DNA from: Auanema rhodensis
Lineage: Eukaryota; Animalia; Nematoda
DNA: 64,000 nucleotides
Assembly (NCBI GenBank): GCA_964057225.1
Contig: OZ059894.1
Span: 19,344,001-19,408,000 of the forward strand
Reading direction: 5' to 3'
Position 1 is the stretch's first letter. Each line of letters opens with the position of its first letter. The notes beneath the pieces are model-generated. The model made no database searches. It was not told where the DNA came from and was given only the letters and a program-made list of their open reading frames with translations. Made by a program: the position numbers and the translations under genes. Shown in pieces: positions 1-15,000 of this stretch.

Positions 1-3000
1 TAGATGTTTTTAGATTCCATTTTTCAAGGCAAAGACGATGGACAATGTTATTCAACGAAAAAATTAATTCTTCAGGGTGAAAATCGAGGATATAAGTGTG
101 AACTTATATCAGTTGATATCTCGGTGCATTTTTAAGCTAGCGCAAATCTGATAACACAGATCGACGCAGCTTAAAAATCCGCATCGAATGCACTATACTA
201 CATTGAAAAACGCTTAATACAAAAATTAGTTATGATCGTTCGAAAAATGATGCATTAGTGTATGTTGAGTTTCCATGTACACTCAACATTGCTTCCAAAA
301 ACATTTTGACAAAAATTTTTTCGAAAAATTTCAAAATAATTTAGCAAAAAGTAGATGTTTTTAGATTCCTTTTTTCAAGGCAAAGACGATGGACAATGTT
401 ATTCAACGAAAAAATTAATTCTTCAGGGTGAAAATCGAGGATATAAGTTTGAACTTATATCAGTTGATATCTCGGTGCATTTTTAAGCTAGCGCAAATCT
501 GATAACACAGATCGACGCAGCTTAAAAATCCGCATCGAATGCACTATACTACATTGAAAAACGCTTAATACAAAAATTAGTTATGATCGTTCGAAAAATG
601 ATGCATTAGTGTATGTTGAGTTTCCATGTACACTCAACATTGCTTCCAAAAACATTTTGACAAAAATTTTTTCGAAAAATTTCAAAATAATTTAGCAAAA
701 AGTAGATGTTTTTAGATTCCATTTTTCAAGGCAAAGACGATGGACAATGTTATTCAACGAAAAAATTAATTCTTCAGGGTGAAAATCGAGGATATAAGTG
801 TGAACTTATATCAGTTGATATCTCGGTGCATTTTTAAGCTAGCGCAAATCTGATAACACAGATCGACGCAGCTTAAAAATCCGCATCGAATGCACTATAC
901 TACATTGAGAAACGCTTAATACAAAAATTAGTTATGATCGTTTGAAAAATGATGCATTAGTGTATGTTGAGTTTCCATGTACACTCAACATTGCTTCCAA
1001 AAACATTTTGACAAAAATTTTTTCGAAAAATTTCAGAATAATTTAGCAAAAAGTAGATGTTTTTAGATTCCATTTTTCAAGGCAAAGACGATGGACAATG
1101 TTATTCAACGAAAAAATTAATTCTTCAGGGTGAAAATCGAGGATATAAGTTTGAACTTATATCAGTTGATATCTCGGTGCATTTTTAAGCTAGCGCAAAT
1201 CTGATAACACAGATCGACGCAGCTTAAAAATCCGCATCGAATGCACTATACTACATTGAAAAACGCTTAATACAAAAATTAGTTATGATCGTTCGAAAAA
1301 TGATGCATTAGTGTATGTTGAGTTTCCATGTACACTCAACATTGCTTCCAAAAACATTAAATCTGATAACACAGATCGACGCAGCTTAAAAATCCGCATC
1401 GAATGCACTATACTACATTGAAAAACGCTTAATACAAAAATTAGTTATGATTGTTCGAAAAATGATGCATTAGTGTATGTTGAGTTTCCATGTACACTCA
1501 ACATTGCTTCCAAAAACATTTTGACAAAAATTTTTTCGAAAAATTTCAAAATAATTTAGCAAAAAGTAGATGTTTTTAGATTCCATTTTTCAAGGCAAAG
1601 ACGATGGTCAATGTTATTCAACGAAAAAATCAAATCTTCAGGGTGAAAATCGAGGATATAAGTGTGAACTTATATCAGTTGATATCTCGGTGCATTTTTA
1701 AGCTAGCGCAAATCTGATAACACAGATCGACGCAGCTTAAAAATCCGCATCGAATGCACTATACTACATTGAGAAACGCTCAATACAAAATATAGTTATG
1801 ATCGTTTGAAAAATGATGCATTAGTGTATGTTGAGTTTCCATGTACACTCAACATTGCTTCCAAAAACATTTTGACAAAAATTTTTTCGAAAAATTTCAG
1901 AATAATTTAGCAAAAAGTAGATGTTTTTAGATTCCATTTTTCAAGGCAAAGACGATGGACAATGTTATTCAACGAAAAAATTAATTCTTCAGGGTGAAAA
2001 TCGAGGATATAAGTGTGAACTTATATCAGTTGATATCTCGGTGCATTTTTAAGCTAGCGCAAATCTGATAACACAGATCGACGCAGCTTAAAAATCCGCA
2101 TCGAATGCACTATACTACATTGAGAAACGCTTAATACAAAAATTAGTTATGATCGTTCGAAAAATGATGCATTAGTGTATGTTGAGTTTCCATGTACACT
2201 CAACATTGCTTCCAAAAACATTTTGACAAAAATTTTTTCGAAAAATTTCAGAATAATTTAGCAAAAAGTAGATGTTTTTAGATTCCATTTTTCAAGGCAA
2301 AGACGATGGACAATGTTATTCAACGAAAAAATTGATTCTTCAGGGTGAAAATCGAGGATATAAGTGTGAACTTATATCAGTTGATATCTCGGTGCATTTT
2401 TAAGCTAGCGCAAATCTGATAACACAGATCGACGCAGCGTAAAAATCCGCATCGAATGCACTATACTACATTGAAAAACGCTTAATACAAAAATTAGTTA
2501 TGATCGTTCGAAAAATGATGCATTAGTGTATGTTGAGTTTCCATGTACACTCAACATTGCTTCCAAAAACATTTTGACAAAAATTTTTTCGAAAAATTTC
2601 AAAATAATTTAGCAAAAAGTAGATGTTTTTAGATTCCATTTTTCAAGGCAAAGACGATGGACAATGTTATTCAACGAAAAAATTAATTCTTCAGGGTGAA
2701 AATCGAGGATATAAGTGTGAACTTATATCAGTTGATATCTCGGTGCATTTTTAAGCTAGCGCAAATCTGATAACACAGATCGACGCAGCTTAAAAATCCG
2801 CATCGAATGCACTATACTACATTGAGAAACGCTTAATACAAAAATTAGTTATGATCGTTCGAAAAATGATGCATTAGTGTATGTTGAGTTTCCATGTACA
2901 CTCAACATTGCTTCCAAAAACATTTTGACAAAAATTTTTTCGAAAAATTTCAGAATAATTTAGCAAAAAGTAGATGTTTTTAGATTCCTTTTTTCAAGGC

Positions 3001-6000
3001 AAAGACGATGGTCAATGTTATTCAACGAAAAAATCAATTCTTCAGGGTGAAAATCGAGTATATAAGTGTGAACTTATATCAGTTGATATCTCGGTGCATT
3101 TTTAAGCTAGCGCAAATCTGATAACACAGATCGACGCAGCTTAAAAATCCGCATCGAATGCACTATACTACATTGAGAAACGCTTAATACAAAAATTAGT
3201 TATGATCGTTTGAAAAATGATGCATTAGTGTATGTTGAGTTTCCATGTACACTCAACATTGCTTCCAAAAACATTTTGACAAAAATTTTTTCGAAAAATT
3301 TCAGAATAATTTAGCAAAAAGTAGATGTTTTTAGATTCCATTTTTCAAGGCAAAGACGATGGACAATGTTATTCAACGAAAAAATTAATTCTTCAGGGTG
3401 AAAATCGAGGATATAAGTGTGAACTTATATCAGTTGATATCTCGGTGCATTTTTAAGCTAGCGCAAATCTGATAACACAGATCGACGCAGCTTAAAAATC
3501 CGCATCGAATGCACTATACTACATTGAGAAACGCTTAATACAAAAATTAGTTATGATCGTTTGAAAAATGATGCATTAGTGTATGTTGAGTTTCCATGTA
3601 CACTCAACATTGCTTCCAAAAACATTTTGACAAAAATTTTTTCGAAAAATTTCAGAATAATTTAGCAAAAAGTAGATGTTTTTAGATTTCTTTTTTCAAG
3701 GCAAAGACGATGGTCAATGTTATTCAACGAAAAAATCAATTCTTCAGGGTGAAAATCGAGGATATAAGTGTGAACTTATATCAGTTGATATCTCGGTGCA
3801 TTTTTAAGCTAGCGCAAATCTGATAACACAGATCGACGCAGCTTAAAAATCCGCATCGAATGCACTATACTACATTGAGAAACGCTTAATACAAAAATTA
3901 GTTATGATCGTTTGAAAAATGATGCGTTAGTGTATGTTGAGTTTCCATGTACACTCAACATTGCTTCCAAAAACATTTTGACAAAAATTTTTTCGAAAAA
4001 TTTCAAAATAATTTAGCAAAAAGTAGATGTTTTTAGATTCCATTTTTCAAGGCAAAGACGATGGACAATGTTATTCAACGAAAAAATTAATTCTTCAGGG
4101 TGAAAATCGAGGATATAAGTGTGAACTTATATCAGTTGATATCTCGGTGCATTTTTAAGCTAGCGCAAATCTGATAACACAGATCGACGCAGCTTAAAAA
4201 TCCGCATCGAATGCACTATACTACATTGAAAAACGCTTAATACAAAATATAGTTATGATCGTTCGAAAAATGATGCATTAGTGTATGTTGAGTTTCCATG
4301 TACATTCAACATTGCTTCCAAAAACATTTTGACAAAAATTTTTTCGAAAAATTTCAGAATAATTTAGCAAAAAGTAGATGTTTTTAGATTCCTTTTTTCA
4401 AGGCAAAGACGATGGTCAATGTTATTCAACGAAAAAATCAAATCTTCAGGGTGAAAATCGAGGATATAAGTGTGAACTTATATCAGTTGATATCTCGGTG
4501 CATTTTTAAGCTAGCGCAAATCTGATAACACAGATCGACGCAGCTTAAAAATCCGCATCGAATGCACTATACTACATTGAGAAACGCTCAATACAAAATA
4601 TAGTTATGATCGTTTGAAAAATGATGCATTAGTGTATGTTGAGTTTCCATGTACACTCAACATTGCTTCCAAAAACATTTTGACAAAAATTTTTTCGAAA
4701 AATTTCAGAATAATTTAGCAAAAAGTAGATGTTTTTAGATTCCATTTTTCAAGGCAAAGACGATGGACAATGTTATTCAACGAAAAAAGTAATTCTTCAG
4801 GGTGAAAATCGAGGATATAAGTGTGAACTTATATCAGTTGATATCTCGGTGCATTTTTAAGCTAGCGCAAATCTGATAACACAGATCGACGCAGCTTAAA
4901 AATCCGCATCGAATGCACTATACTACATTGAGAAACGCTTAATACAAAAATTAGTTATGATCGTTTGAAAAATGATGCGTTAGTGTATGTTGAGTTTCCA
5001 TGTACACTCAACATTGCTTCCAAAAACATTTTGACAAAAATTTTTTCGAAAAATTTCAGAATAATTTAGCAAAAAGTAGATGTTTTTAGATTCCATTTTT
5101 CAAGGCAAAGACGATGGACAATGTTATTCAACGAAAAAATTAATTCTTCAGGGTGAAAATCGAGGATATAAGTGTGAACTTATATCAGTTGATATCTCGG
5201 TGCATTTTTAAGCTAGCGCAAATCTGATAACACAGATCGACGCAGCTTAAAAATCCGCATCGAATGCACTATACTACATTGAAAAACGCTTAATACAAAA
5301 ATTAGTTATGATCGTTCGAAAAATGATGCATTAGTGTATGTTGAGTTTCCATGTACACTCAACATTGCTTCCAAAAACATTTTGACAAAAATTTTTTCGA
5401 AAAATTTCAGAATAATTTAGCAAAAAGTAGATGTTTTTAGATTCCTTTTTTCAAGGCAAAGACGATGGTCAATGTTATTCAACGAAAAAATCAAATCTTC
5501 AGGGTGAAAATCGAGGATATAAGTGTGAACTTATATCAGTTGATATCTCGGTGCATTTTTAAGCTAGCGCAAATCTGATAACACAGATCGACGCAGCTTA
5601 AAAATCCGCATCGAATGCACTATACTACATTGAGAAACGCTCAATACAAAATATAGTTATGATCGTTTGAAAAATGATGCATTAGTGTATGTTGAGTTTC
5701 CATGTACACTCAACATTGCTTCCAAAAACATTTTGACAAAAATTTTTTCGAAAAATTTCAGAATAATTTAGCAAAAAGTAGATGTTTTTAGATTCCATTT
5801 TTCAAGGCAAAGACGATGGACAATGTTATTCAACGAAAAAATTAATTCTTCAGGGTGAAAATCGAGGATATAAGTGTGAACTTATATCAGTTGATATCTC
5901 GGTGCATTTTTAAGCTAGCGCAAATCTGATAACACAGATCGACGCAGCTTAAAAATCCGCATCGAATGCACTATACTCATTGAAAAACGCTTAATACAAA

Positions 6001-9000
6001 AATTAGTTATGATCGTTCGAAAAATGATGCATTAGTGTATGTTGAGTTTCCATGTACACTCAACATTGCTTCCAAAAACATTTTGACAAAAATTTTTTCG
6101 AAAAATTTCAGAATAATTTAGCAAAAAGTAGATGTTTTTAGATTCCATTTTTCAAGGCAAAGACGATGGACAATGTTAATCAACGAAAAAATTAATTCTT
6201 CAGGGTGAAAATCGAGGATATAAGTGTGAACTTATATCAGTTGATATCTCGGTGCATTTTTAAGCTAGCGCAAATCTGATAACACAGATCGACGCAGCGT
6301 AAAAATCCGCATCGAATGCACTATACTACATTGAAAAACGCTTAATACAAAAATTAGTTATGATCGTTCGAAAAATGATTCATTAGTGTATGTTGAGTTT
6401 CCATGTACACTCAACATTGCTTCCAAAAACATTTTGACAAAAATTTTTTCGAAAAATTTCAGAATAATTTAGCAAAAAGTAGATGTTTTTAGATTCCTTT
6501 TTTCAAGGCAAAGACGATGGTCAATGTTATTCAACGAAAAAATTAATTCTTCAGGGTGAAAATCGAGGATATAAGTGTGAACTTATATCAGTTGATATCT
6601 CGGTGCATTTTTAAGCTAGCGCAAATCTGATAACACAGATCGACGCAGCGTAAAAATCCGCATCGAATGCACTATACTACATTGAAAAACGCTTAATACA
6701 AAAATTAGTTATGATCGTTCGAAAAATGATTCATTAGTGTATGTTGAGTTTCCATGTACACTCAACATTGCTTCCAAAAACATTTTGACAAAAATTTTTT
6801 CGAAAAATTTCAGAATAATTTAGCAAAAAGTAGATGTTTTTAGATTCCTTTTTTCAAGGCAAAGACGATGGTCAATGTTATTCAACGAAAAAATCAATTC
6901 TTCAGGGTGAAAATCGAGTATATAAGTGTGAACTTATATCAGTTGATATCTCGATGCATTTTTAAGCTAGCGCAAATCTGATAACACAGATCGACGCAGC
7001 TTAAAAATCCGCATCGAATGCACTATACTACATTGAGAAACGCTTAATACAAAAATTAGTTATGATCGTTTGAAAAATGATGCATTAGTGTATGTTGAGT
7101 TTCCATGTACACTCAACATTGCTTCCAAAAACATTTTGACAAAAATTTTTTCGAAAAATTTCAGAATAATTTAGCAAAAAGTAGATGTTTTTAGATTTCT
7201 TTTTTCAAGGCAAAGACGATGGTCAATGTTATTCAACGAAAAAATCAATTCTTCAGGGTGAAAATCGAGGATATAAGTGTGAACTTATATCAGTTGATAT
7301 CTCGGTGCATTTTTAAGCTAGCGCAAATCTGATAACACAGATCGACGCAGCTTAAAAATCCGCATCGAATGCACTATACTACATTGAGAAACGCTTAATA
7401 CAAAAATTAGTTATGATCGTTTGAAAAATGATGCGTTAGTGTATGTTGAGTTTCCATGTACACTCAACATTGCTTCCAAAAACATTTTGACAAAAATTTT
7501 TTCGAAAAATTTCAAAATAATTTAGCAAAAAGTAGATGTTTTTAGATTCCATTTTTCAAGGCAAAGACGATGGTCAATGTTATTCAACGAAAAAATCAAA
7601 TCTTCAGGGTGAAAATCGAGGATATAAGTGTGAACTTATATCAGTTGATATCTCGGTGCATTTTTAAGCTAGCGCAAATCTGATAACACAGATCGACGCA
7701 GCTTAAAAATCCGCATCGAATGCACTATACTACATTGAGAAACGCTCAATACAAAATATAGTTATGATCGTTTGAAAAATGATGCATTAGTGTATGTTGA
7801 GTTTCCATGTACACTCAACATTGCTTCCAAAAACATTTTGACAAAAATTTTTTCGAAAAATTTCAGAATAATTTAGCAAAAAGTAGATGTTTTTAGATTC
7901 CATTTTTCAAGGCAAAGACGATGGACAATGTTATTCAACGAAAAAATTAATTCTTCAGGGTGAAAATCGAGGATATAAGTGTGAACTTATATCAGTTGAT
8001 ATCTCGGTGCATTTTTAAGCTAGCGCAAATCTGATAACACAGATCGACGCAGCTTAAAAATCCGCATCGAATGCACTATACTACATTGAGAAACGCTTAA
8101 TACAAAAATTAGTTATGATCGTTTGAAAAATGATGCGTTAGTGTATGTTGAGTTTCCATGTACACTCAACATTGCTTCCAAAAACATTTTGACAAAAATT
8201 TTTTCGAAAAATTTCAGAATAATTTAGCAAAAAGTAGATGTTTTTAGATTCCATTTTTCAAGGCAAAGACGATGGACAATGTTATTCAACGAAAAAATTA
8301 ATTCTTCAGGGTGAAAATCGAGGATATAAGTGTGAACTTATATCAGTTGATATCTCGGTGCATTTTTAAGCTAGCGCAAATCTGATAACACAGATCGACG
8401 CAGCTTAAAAATCCGCATCGAATGCACTATACTACATTGAAAAACGCTTAATACAAAAATTAGTTATGATCGTTCGAAAAATGATGCATTAGTGTATGTT
8501 GAGTTTCCATGTACACTCAACATTGCTTCCAAAAACATTTTGACAAAAATTTTTTCGAAAAATTTCAGAATAATTTAGCAAAAAGTAGATGTTTTTAGAT
8601 TCCATTTTTCAAGGCAAAGACGATGGACAATGTTATTCAACGAAAAAATTAATTCTTCAGGGTGAAAATCGAGGATATAAGTGTGAACTTATATCAGTTG
8701 ATATCTCGGTGCATTTTTAAGCTAGCGCAAATCTGATAACACAGATCGACGCAGCTTAAAAATCCGCATCGAATGCACTATACTACATTGAGAAACGCTT
8801 AATACAAAAATTAGTTATGATCGTTTGAAAAATGATGCGTTAGTGTATGTTGAGTTTCCATGTACACTCAACATTGCTTCCAAAAACATTTTGACAAAAA
8901 TTTTTTCGAAAAATTTCAGAATAATTTAGCAAAAAGTAGATGTTTTTAGATTCCATTTTTCAAGGCAAAGACGATGGACAATGTTATTCAACGAAAAAAT

Positions 9001-12000
9001 TAATTCTTCAGGGTGAAAATCGAGGATATAAGTGTGAACTTATATCAGTTGATATCTCGGTGCATTTTTAAGCTAGCGCAAATCTGATAACACAGATCGA
9101 CGCAGCTTAAAAATCCGCATCGAATGCACTATACTACATTGAAAAACGCTTAATACAAAAATTAGTTATGATCGTTCGAAAAATGATGCATTAGTGTATG
9201 TTGAGTTTCCATGTACACTCAACATTGCTTCCAAAAACATTTTGACAAAAATTTTTTCGAAAAATTTCAGAATAATTTAGCAAAAAGTAGATGTTTTTAG
9301 ATTCCTTTTTTCAAGGCAAAGACGATGGTCAATGTTATTCAACGAAAAAATCAAATCTTCAGGGTGAAAATCGAGGATATAAGTGTGAACTTATATCAGT
9401 TGATATCTCGGTGCATTTTTAAGCTAGCGCAAATCTGATAACACAGATCGACGCAGCTTAAAAATCCGCATCGAATGCACTATACTACATTGAGAAACGC
9501 TCAATACAAAATATAGTTATGATCGTTTGAAAAATGATGCATTAGTGTATGTTGAGTTTCCATGTACACTCAACATTGCTTCCAAAAACATTTTGACAAA
9601 AATTTTTTCGAAAAATTTCAGAATAATTTAGCAAAAAGTAGATGTTTTTAGATTCCATTTTTCAAGGCAAAGACGATGGACAATGTTATTCAACGAAAAA
9701 ATTAATTCTTCAGGGTGAAAATCGAGGATATAAGTGTGAACTTATATCAGTTGATATCTCGGTGCATTTTTAAGCTAGCGCAAATCTGATAACACAGATC
9801 GACGCAGCTTAAAAATCCGCATCGAATGCACTATACTCATTGAAAAACGCTTAATACAAAAATTAGTTATGATCGTTCGAAAAATGATGCATTAGTGTAT
9901 GTTGAGTTTCCATGTACACTCAACATTGCTTCCAAAAACATTTTGACAAAAATTTTTTCGAAAAATTTCAGAATAATTTAGCAAAAAGTAGATGTTTTTA
10001 GATTCCATTTTTCAAGGCAAAGACGATGGACAATGTTATTCAACGAAAAAATTAATTCTTCAGGGTGAAAATCGAGGATATAAGTGTGAACTTATATCAG
10101 TTGATATCTCGGTGCATTTTTAAGCTAGCGCAAATCTGATAACACAGATCGACGCAGCGTAAAAATCCGCATCGAATGCACTATACTACATTGAAAAACG
10201 CTTAATACAAAAATTAGTTATGATCGTTCGAAAAATGATTCATTAGTGTATGTTGAGTTTCCATGTACACTCAACATTGCTTCCAAAAACATTTTGACAA
10301 AAATTTTTTCGAAAAATTTCAGAATAATTTAGCAAAAAGTAGATGTTTTTAGATTCCTTTTTTCAAGGCAAAGACGATGGTCAATGTTATTCAACGAAAA
10401 AATTAATTCTTCAGGGTGAAAATCGAGGATATAAGTGTGAACTTATATCAGTTGATATCTCGGTGCATTTTTAAGCTAGCGCAAATCTGATAACACAGAT
10501 CGACGCAGCGTAAAAATCCGCATCGAATGCACTATACTACATTGAAAAACGCTTAATACAAAAATTAGTTATGATCGTTCGAAAAATGATTCATTAGTGT
10601 ATGTTGAGTTTCCATGTACACTCAACATTGCTTCCAAAAACATTTTGACAAAAATTTTTTCGAAAAATTTCAGAATAATTTAGCAAAAAGTAGATGTTTT
10701 TAGATTCCTTTTTTCAAGGCAAAGACGATGGTCAATGTTATTCAACGAAAAAATCAATTCTTCAGGGTGAAAATCGAGTATATAAGTGTGAACTTATATC
10801 AGTTGATATCTCGGTGCATTTTTAAGCTAGCGCAAATCTGATAACACAGATCGACGCAGCTTAAAAATCCGCATCGAATGCACTATACTACATTGAGAAA
10901 CGCTTAATACAAAAATTAGTTATGATCGTTTGAAAAATGATGCATTAGTGTATGTTGAGTTTCCATGTACACTCAACATTGCTTCCAAAAACATTTTGAC
11001 AAAAATTTTTTCGAAAAATTTCAGAATAATTTAGCAAAAAGTAGATGTTTTTAGATTTCTTTTTTCAAGGCAAAGACGATGGTCAATGTTATTCAACGAA
11101 AAAATCAATTCTTCAGGGTGAAAATCGAGGATATAAGTGTGAACTTATATCAGTTGATATCTCGGTGCATTTTTAAGCTAGCGCAAATCTGATAACACAG
11201 ATCGACGCAGCTTAAAAATCCGCATCGAATGCACTATACTACATTGAGAAACGCTTAATACAAAAATTAGTTATGATCGTTTGAAAAATGATGCGTTAGT
11301 GTATGTTGAGTTTCCATGTACACTCAACATTGCTTCCAAAAACATTTTGACAAAAATTTTTTCGAAAAATTTCAAAATAATTTAGCAAAAAGTAGATGTT
11401 TTTAGATTCCATTTTTCAAGGCAAAGACGATGGACAATGTTATTCAACGAAAAAATTAATTCTTCAGGGTGAAAATCGAGGATATAAGTGTGAACTTATA
11501 TCAGTTGATATCTCGGTGCATTTTTAAGCTAGCGCAAATCTGATAACACAGATCGACGCAGCTTAAAAATCCGCATCGAATGCCCTATACTACATTGAGA
11601 AACGCTTAATACAAAAATTAGTTATGATCGTTTGAAAAATGATGCATTAGTGTATGTTGAGTTTCCATGTACACTCAACATTGCTTCCAAAAACATTTTG
11701 ACAAAAATTTTTTCGAAAAATTTCAGAATAATTTAGCAAAAAGTAGATGTTTTTAGATTCCATTTTTCAAGGCAAAGACGATGGACAATGTTATTCAACG
11801 AAAAAATTAATTCTTCAGGGTGAAAATCGAGGATATAAGTGTGAACTTATATCAGTTGATATCTCGGTGCATTTTTAAGCTAGCGCAAATCTGATAACAC
11901 AGATCGACGCAGCTTAAAAATCCGCATCGAATGCACTATACTACATTAAAAAACGCTTAATACAAAAATTAGTTATGATCGTTCGAAAAATGATGCATTA

Positions 12001-15000
12001 GTGTATGTTGAGTTTCCATGTACACTCAACATTGCTTCCAAAAACATTTTGACAAAAATTTTTTCGAAAAATTTCAAAATAATTTAGCAAAAAGTAGATG
12101 TTTTTAGATTCCATTTTTCAAGGCAAAGACGATGGACAATGTTATTCAACGAAAAAATTAATTCTTCAGGGTGAAAATCGAGGATATAAGTGTGAACTTA
12201 TATCAGTTGATATCTCGGTGCATTTTTAAGCTAGCGCAAATCTGATAACACAGATCGACGCAGCTTAAAAATCCGCATCGAATGCACTATACTACATTGA
12301 AAAACGCTTAATACAAAAATTAGTTATGATCGTTCGAAAAATGATGCATTAGTGTATGTTGAGTTTCCATGTACACTCAACATTGCTTCCAAAAACATTT
12401 TGACAAAAATTTTTTCGAAAAATTTCAGAATAATTTAGCAAAAAGTAGATGTTTTTAGATTCCTTTTTTCAAGGCAAAGACGATGGTCAATGTTATTCAA
12501 CGAAAAAATCAAATCTTCAGGGTGAAAATCGAGGATATAAGTGTGAACTTATATCAGTTGATATCTCGGTGCATTTTTAAGCTAGCGCAAATCTGATAAC
12601 ACAGATCGACGCAGCTTAAAAATCCGCATCGAATGCACTATACTACATTGAGAAACGCTCAATACAAAATATAGTTATGATCGTTTGAAAAATGATGCAT
12701 TAGTGTATGTTGAGTTTCCATGTACACTCAACATTGCTTCCAAAAACATTTTGACAAAAATTTTTTCGAAAAATTTCAGAATAATTTAGCAAAAAGTAGA
12801 TGTTTTTAGATTCCATTTTTCAAGGCAAAGACGATGGACAATGTTATTCAACGAAAAAATTAATTCTTCAGGGTGAAAATCGAGGATATAAGTGTGAACT
12901 TATATCAGTTGATATCTCGGTGCATTTTTAAGCTAGCGCAAATCTGATAACACAGATCGACGCAGCTTAAAAATCCGCATCGAATGCACTATACTACATT
13001 AAAAAACGCTTAATACAAAAATTAGTTATGATCGTTCGAAAAATGATGCATTAGTGTATGTTGAGTTTCCATGTACACTCAACATTGCTTCCAAAAACAT
13101 TTTGACAAAAATTTTTTCGAAAAATTTCAAAATAATTTAGCAAAAAGTAGATGTTTTTAGATTCCATTTTTCAAGGCAAAGACGATGGACAATGTTATTC
13201 AACGAAAAAATTAATTCTTCAGGGTGAAAATCGAGGATATAAGTGTGAACTTATATCAGTTGATATCTCGGTGCATTTTTAAGCTAGCGCAAATCTGATA
13301 ACACAGATCGACGCAGCTTAAAAATCCGCATCGAATGCACTATACTACATTGAGAAACGCTCAATACAAAATATAGTTATGATCGTTTGAAAAATGATGC
13401 ATTAGTGTATGTTGAGTTTCCATGTACACTCAACATTGCTTCCAAAAACATTTTGACAAAAATTTTTTCGAAAAATTTCAGAATAATTTAGCAAAAAGTA
13501 GATGTTTTTAGATTCCATTTTTCAAGGCAAAGACGATGGACAATGTTATTCAACGAAAAAATTAATTCTTCAGGGTGAAAATCGAGGATATAAGTGTGAA
13601 CTTATATCAGTTGATATCTCGGTGCATTTTTAAGCTAGCGCAAATCTGATAACACAGATCGACGCAGCTTAAAAATCCGCATCGAATGCACTATACTCAT
13701 TGAAAAACGCTTAATACAAAAATTAGTTATGATCGTTCGAAAAATGATGCATTAGTGTATGTTGAGTTTCCATGTACACTCAACATTGCTTCCAAAAACA
13801 TTTTGACAAAAATTTTTTCGAAAAATTTCAGAATAATTTAGCAAAAAGTAGATGTTTTTAGATTCCATTTTTCAAGGCAAAGACGATGGACAATGTTATT
13901 CAACGAAAAAATTAATTCTTCAGGGTGAAAATCGAGGATATAAGTGTGAACTTATATCAGTTGATATCTCGGTGCATTTTTAAGCTAGCGCAAATCTGAT
14001 AACACAGATCGACGCAGCGTAAAAATCCGCATCGAATGCACTATACTACATTGAAAAACGCTTAATACAAAAATTAGTTATGATCGTTCGAAAAATGATG
14101 CATTAGTGTATGTTGAGTTTCCATGTACACTCAACATTGCTTCCAAAAACATTTTGACAAAAATTTTTTCGAAAAATTTCAGAATAATTTAGCAAAAAGT
14201 AGATGTTTTTAGATTCCTTTTTTCAAGGCAAAGACGATGGTCAATGTTATTCAACGAAAAAATCAATTCTTCAGGGTGAAAATCGAGTATATAAGTGTGA
14301 ACTTATATCAGTTGATATCTCGGTGCATTTTTAAGCTAGCGCAAATCTGATAACACAGATCGACGCAGCTTAAAAATCCGCATCGAATGCACTATACTAC
14401 ATTGAGAAACGCTTAATACAAAAATTAGTTATGATCGTTTGAAAAATGATGCATTAGTGTATGTTGAGTTTCCATGTACACTCAACATTGCTTCCAAAAA
14501 CATTTTGACAAAAATTTTTTCGAAAAATTTCAGAATAATTTAGCAAAAAGTAGATGTTTTTAGATTTCTTTTTTCAAGGCAAAGACGATGGTCAATGTTA
14601 TTCAACGAAAAAATCAATTCTTCAGGGTGAAAATCGAGGATATAAGTGTGAACTTATATCAGTTGATATCTCGGTGCATTTTTAAGCTAGCGCAAATCTG
14701 ATAACACAGATCGACGCAGCTTAAAAATCCGCATCGAATGCACTATACTACATTGAAAAACGCTTAATACAAAAATTAGTTATGATCGTTCGAAAAATGA
14801 TGCATTAGTGTATGTTGAGTTTCCATGTACACTCAACATTGCTTCCAAAAACATTTTGACAAAAATTTTTTCGAAAAATTTCAGAATAATTTAGCAAAAA
14901 GTAGATGTTTTTAGATTCCTTTTTTCAAGGCAAAGACGATGGTCAATGTTATTCAACGAAAAAATCAATTCTTCAGGGTGAAAATCGAGTATATAAGTGT

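Noticed and set aside
1-351. Assignment of the satellite to a named family or species
   Set aside because: I do not recognise it with confidence, and a database search would be required.
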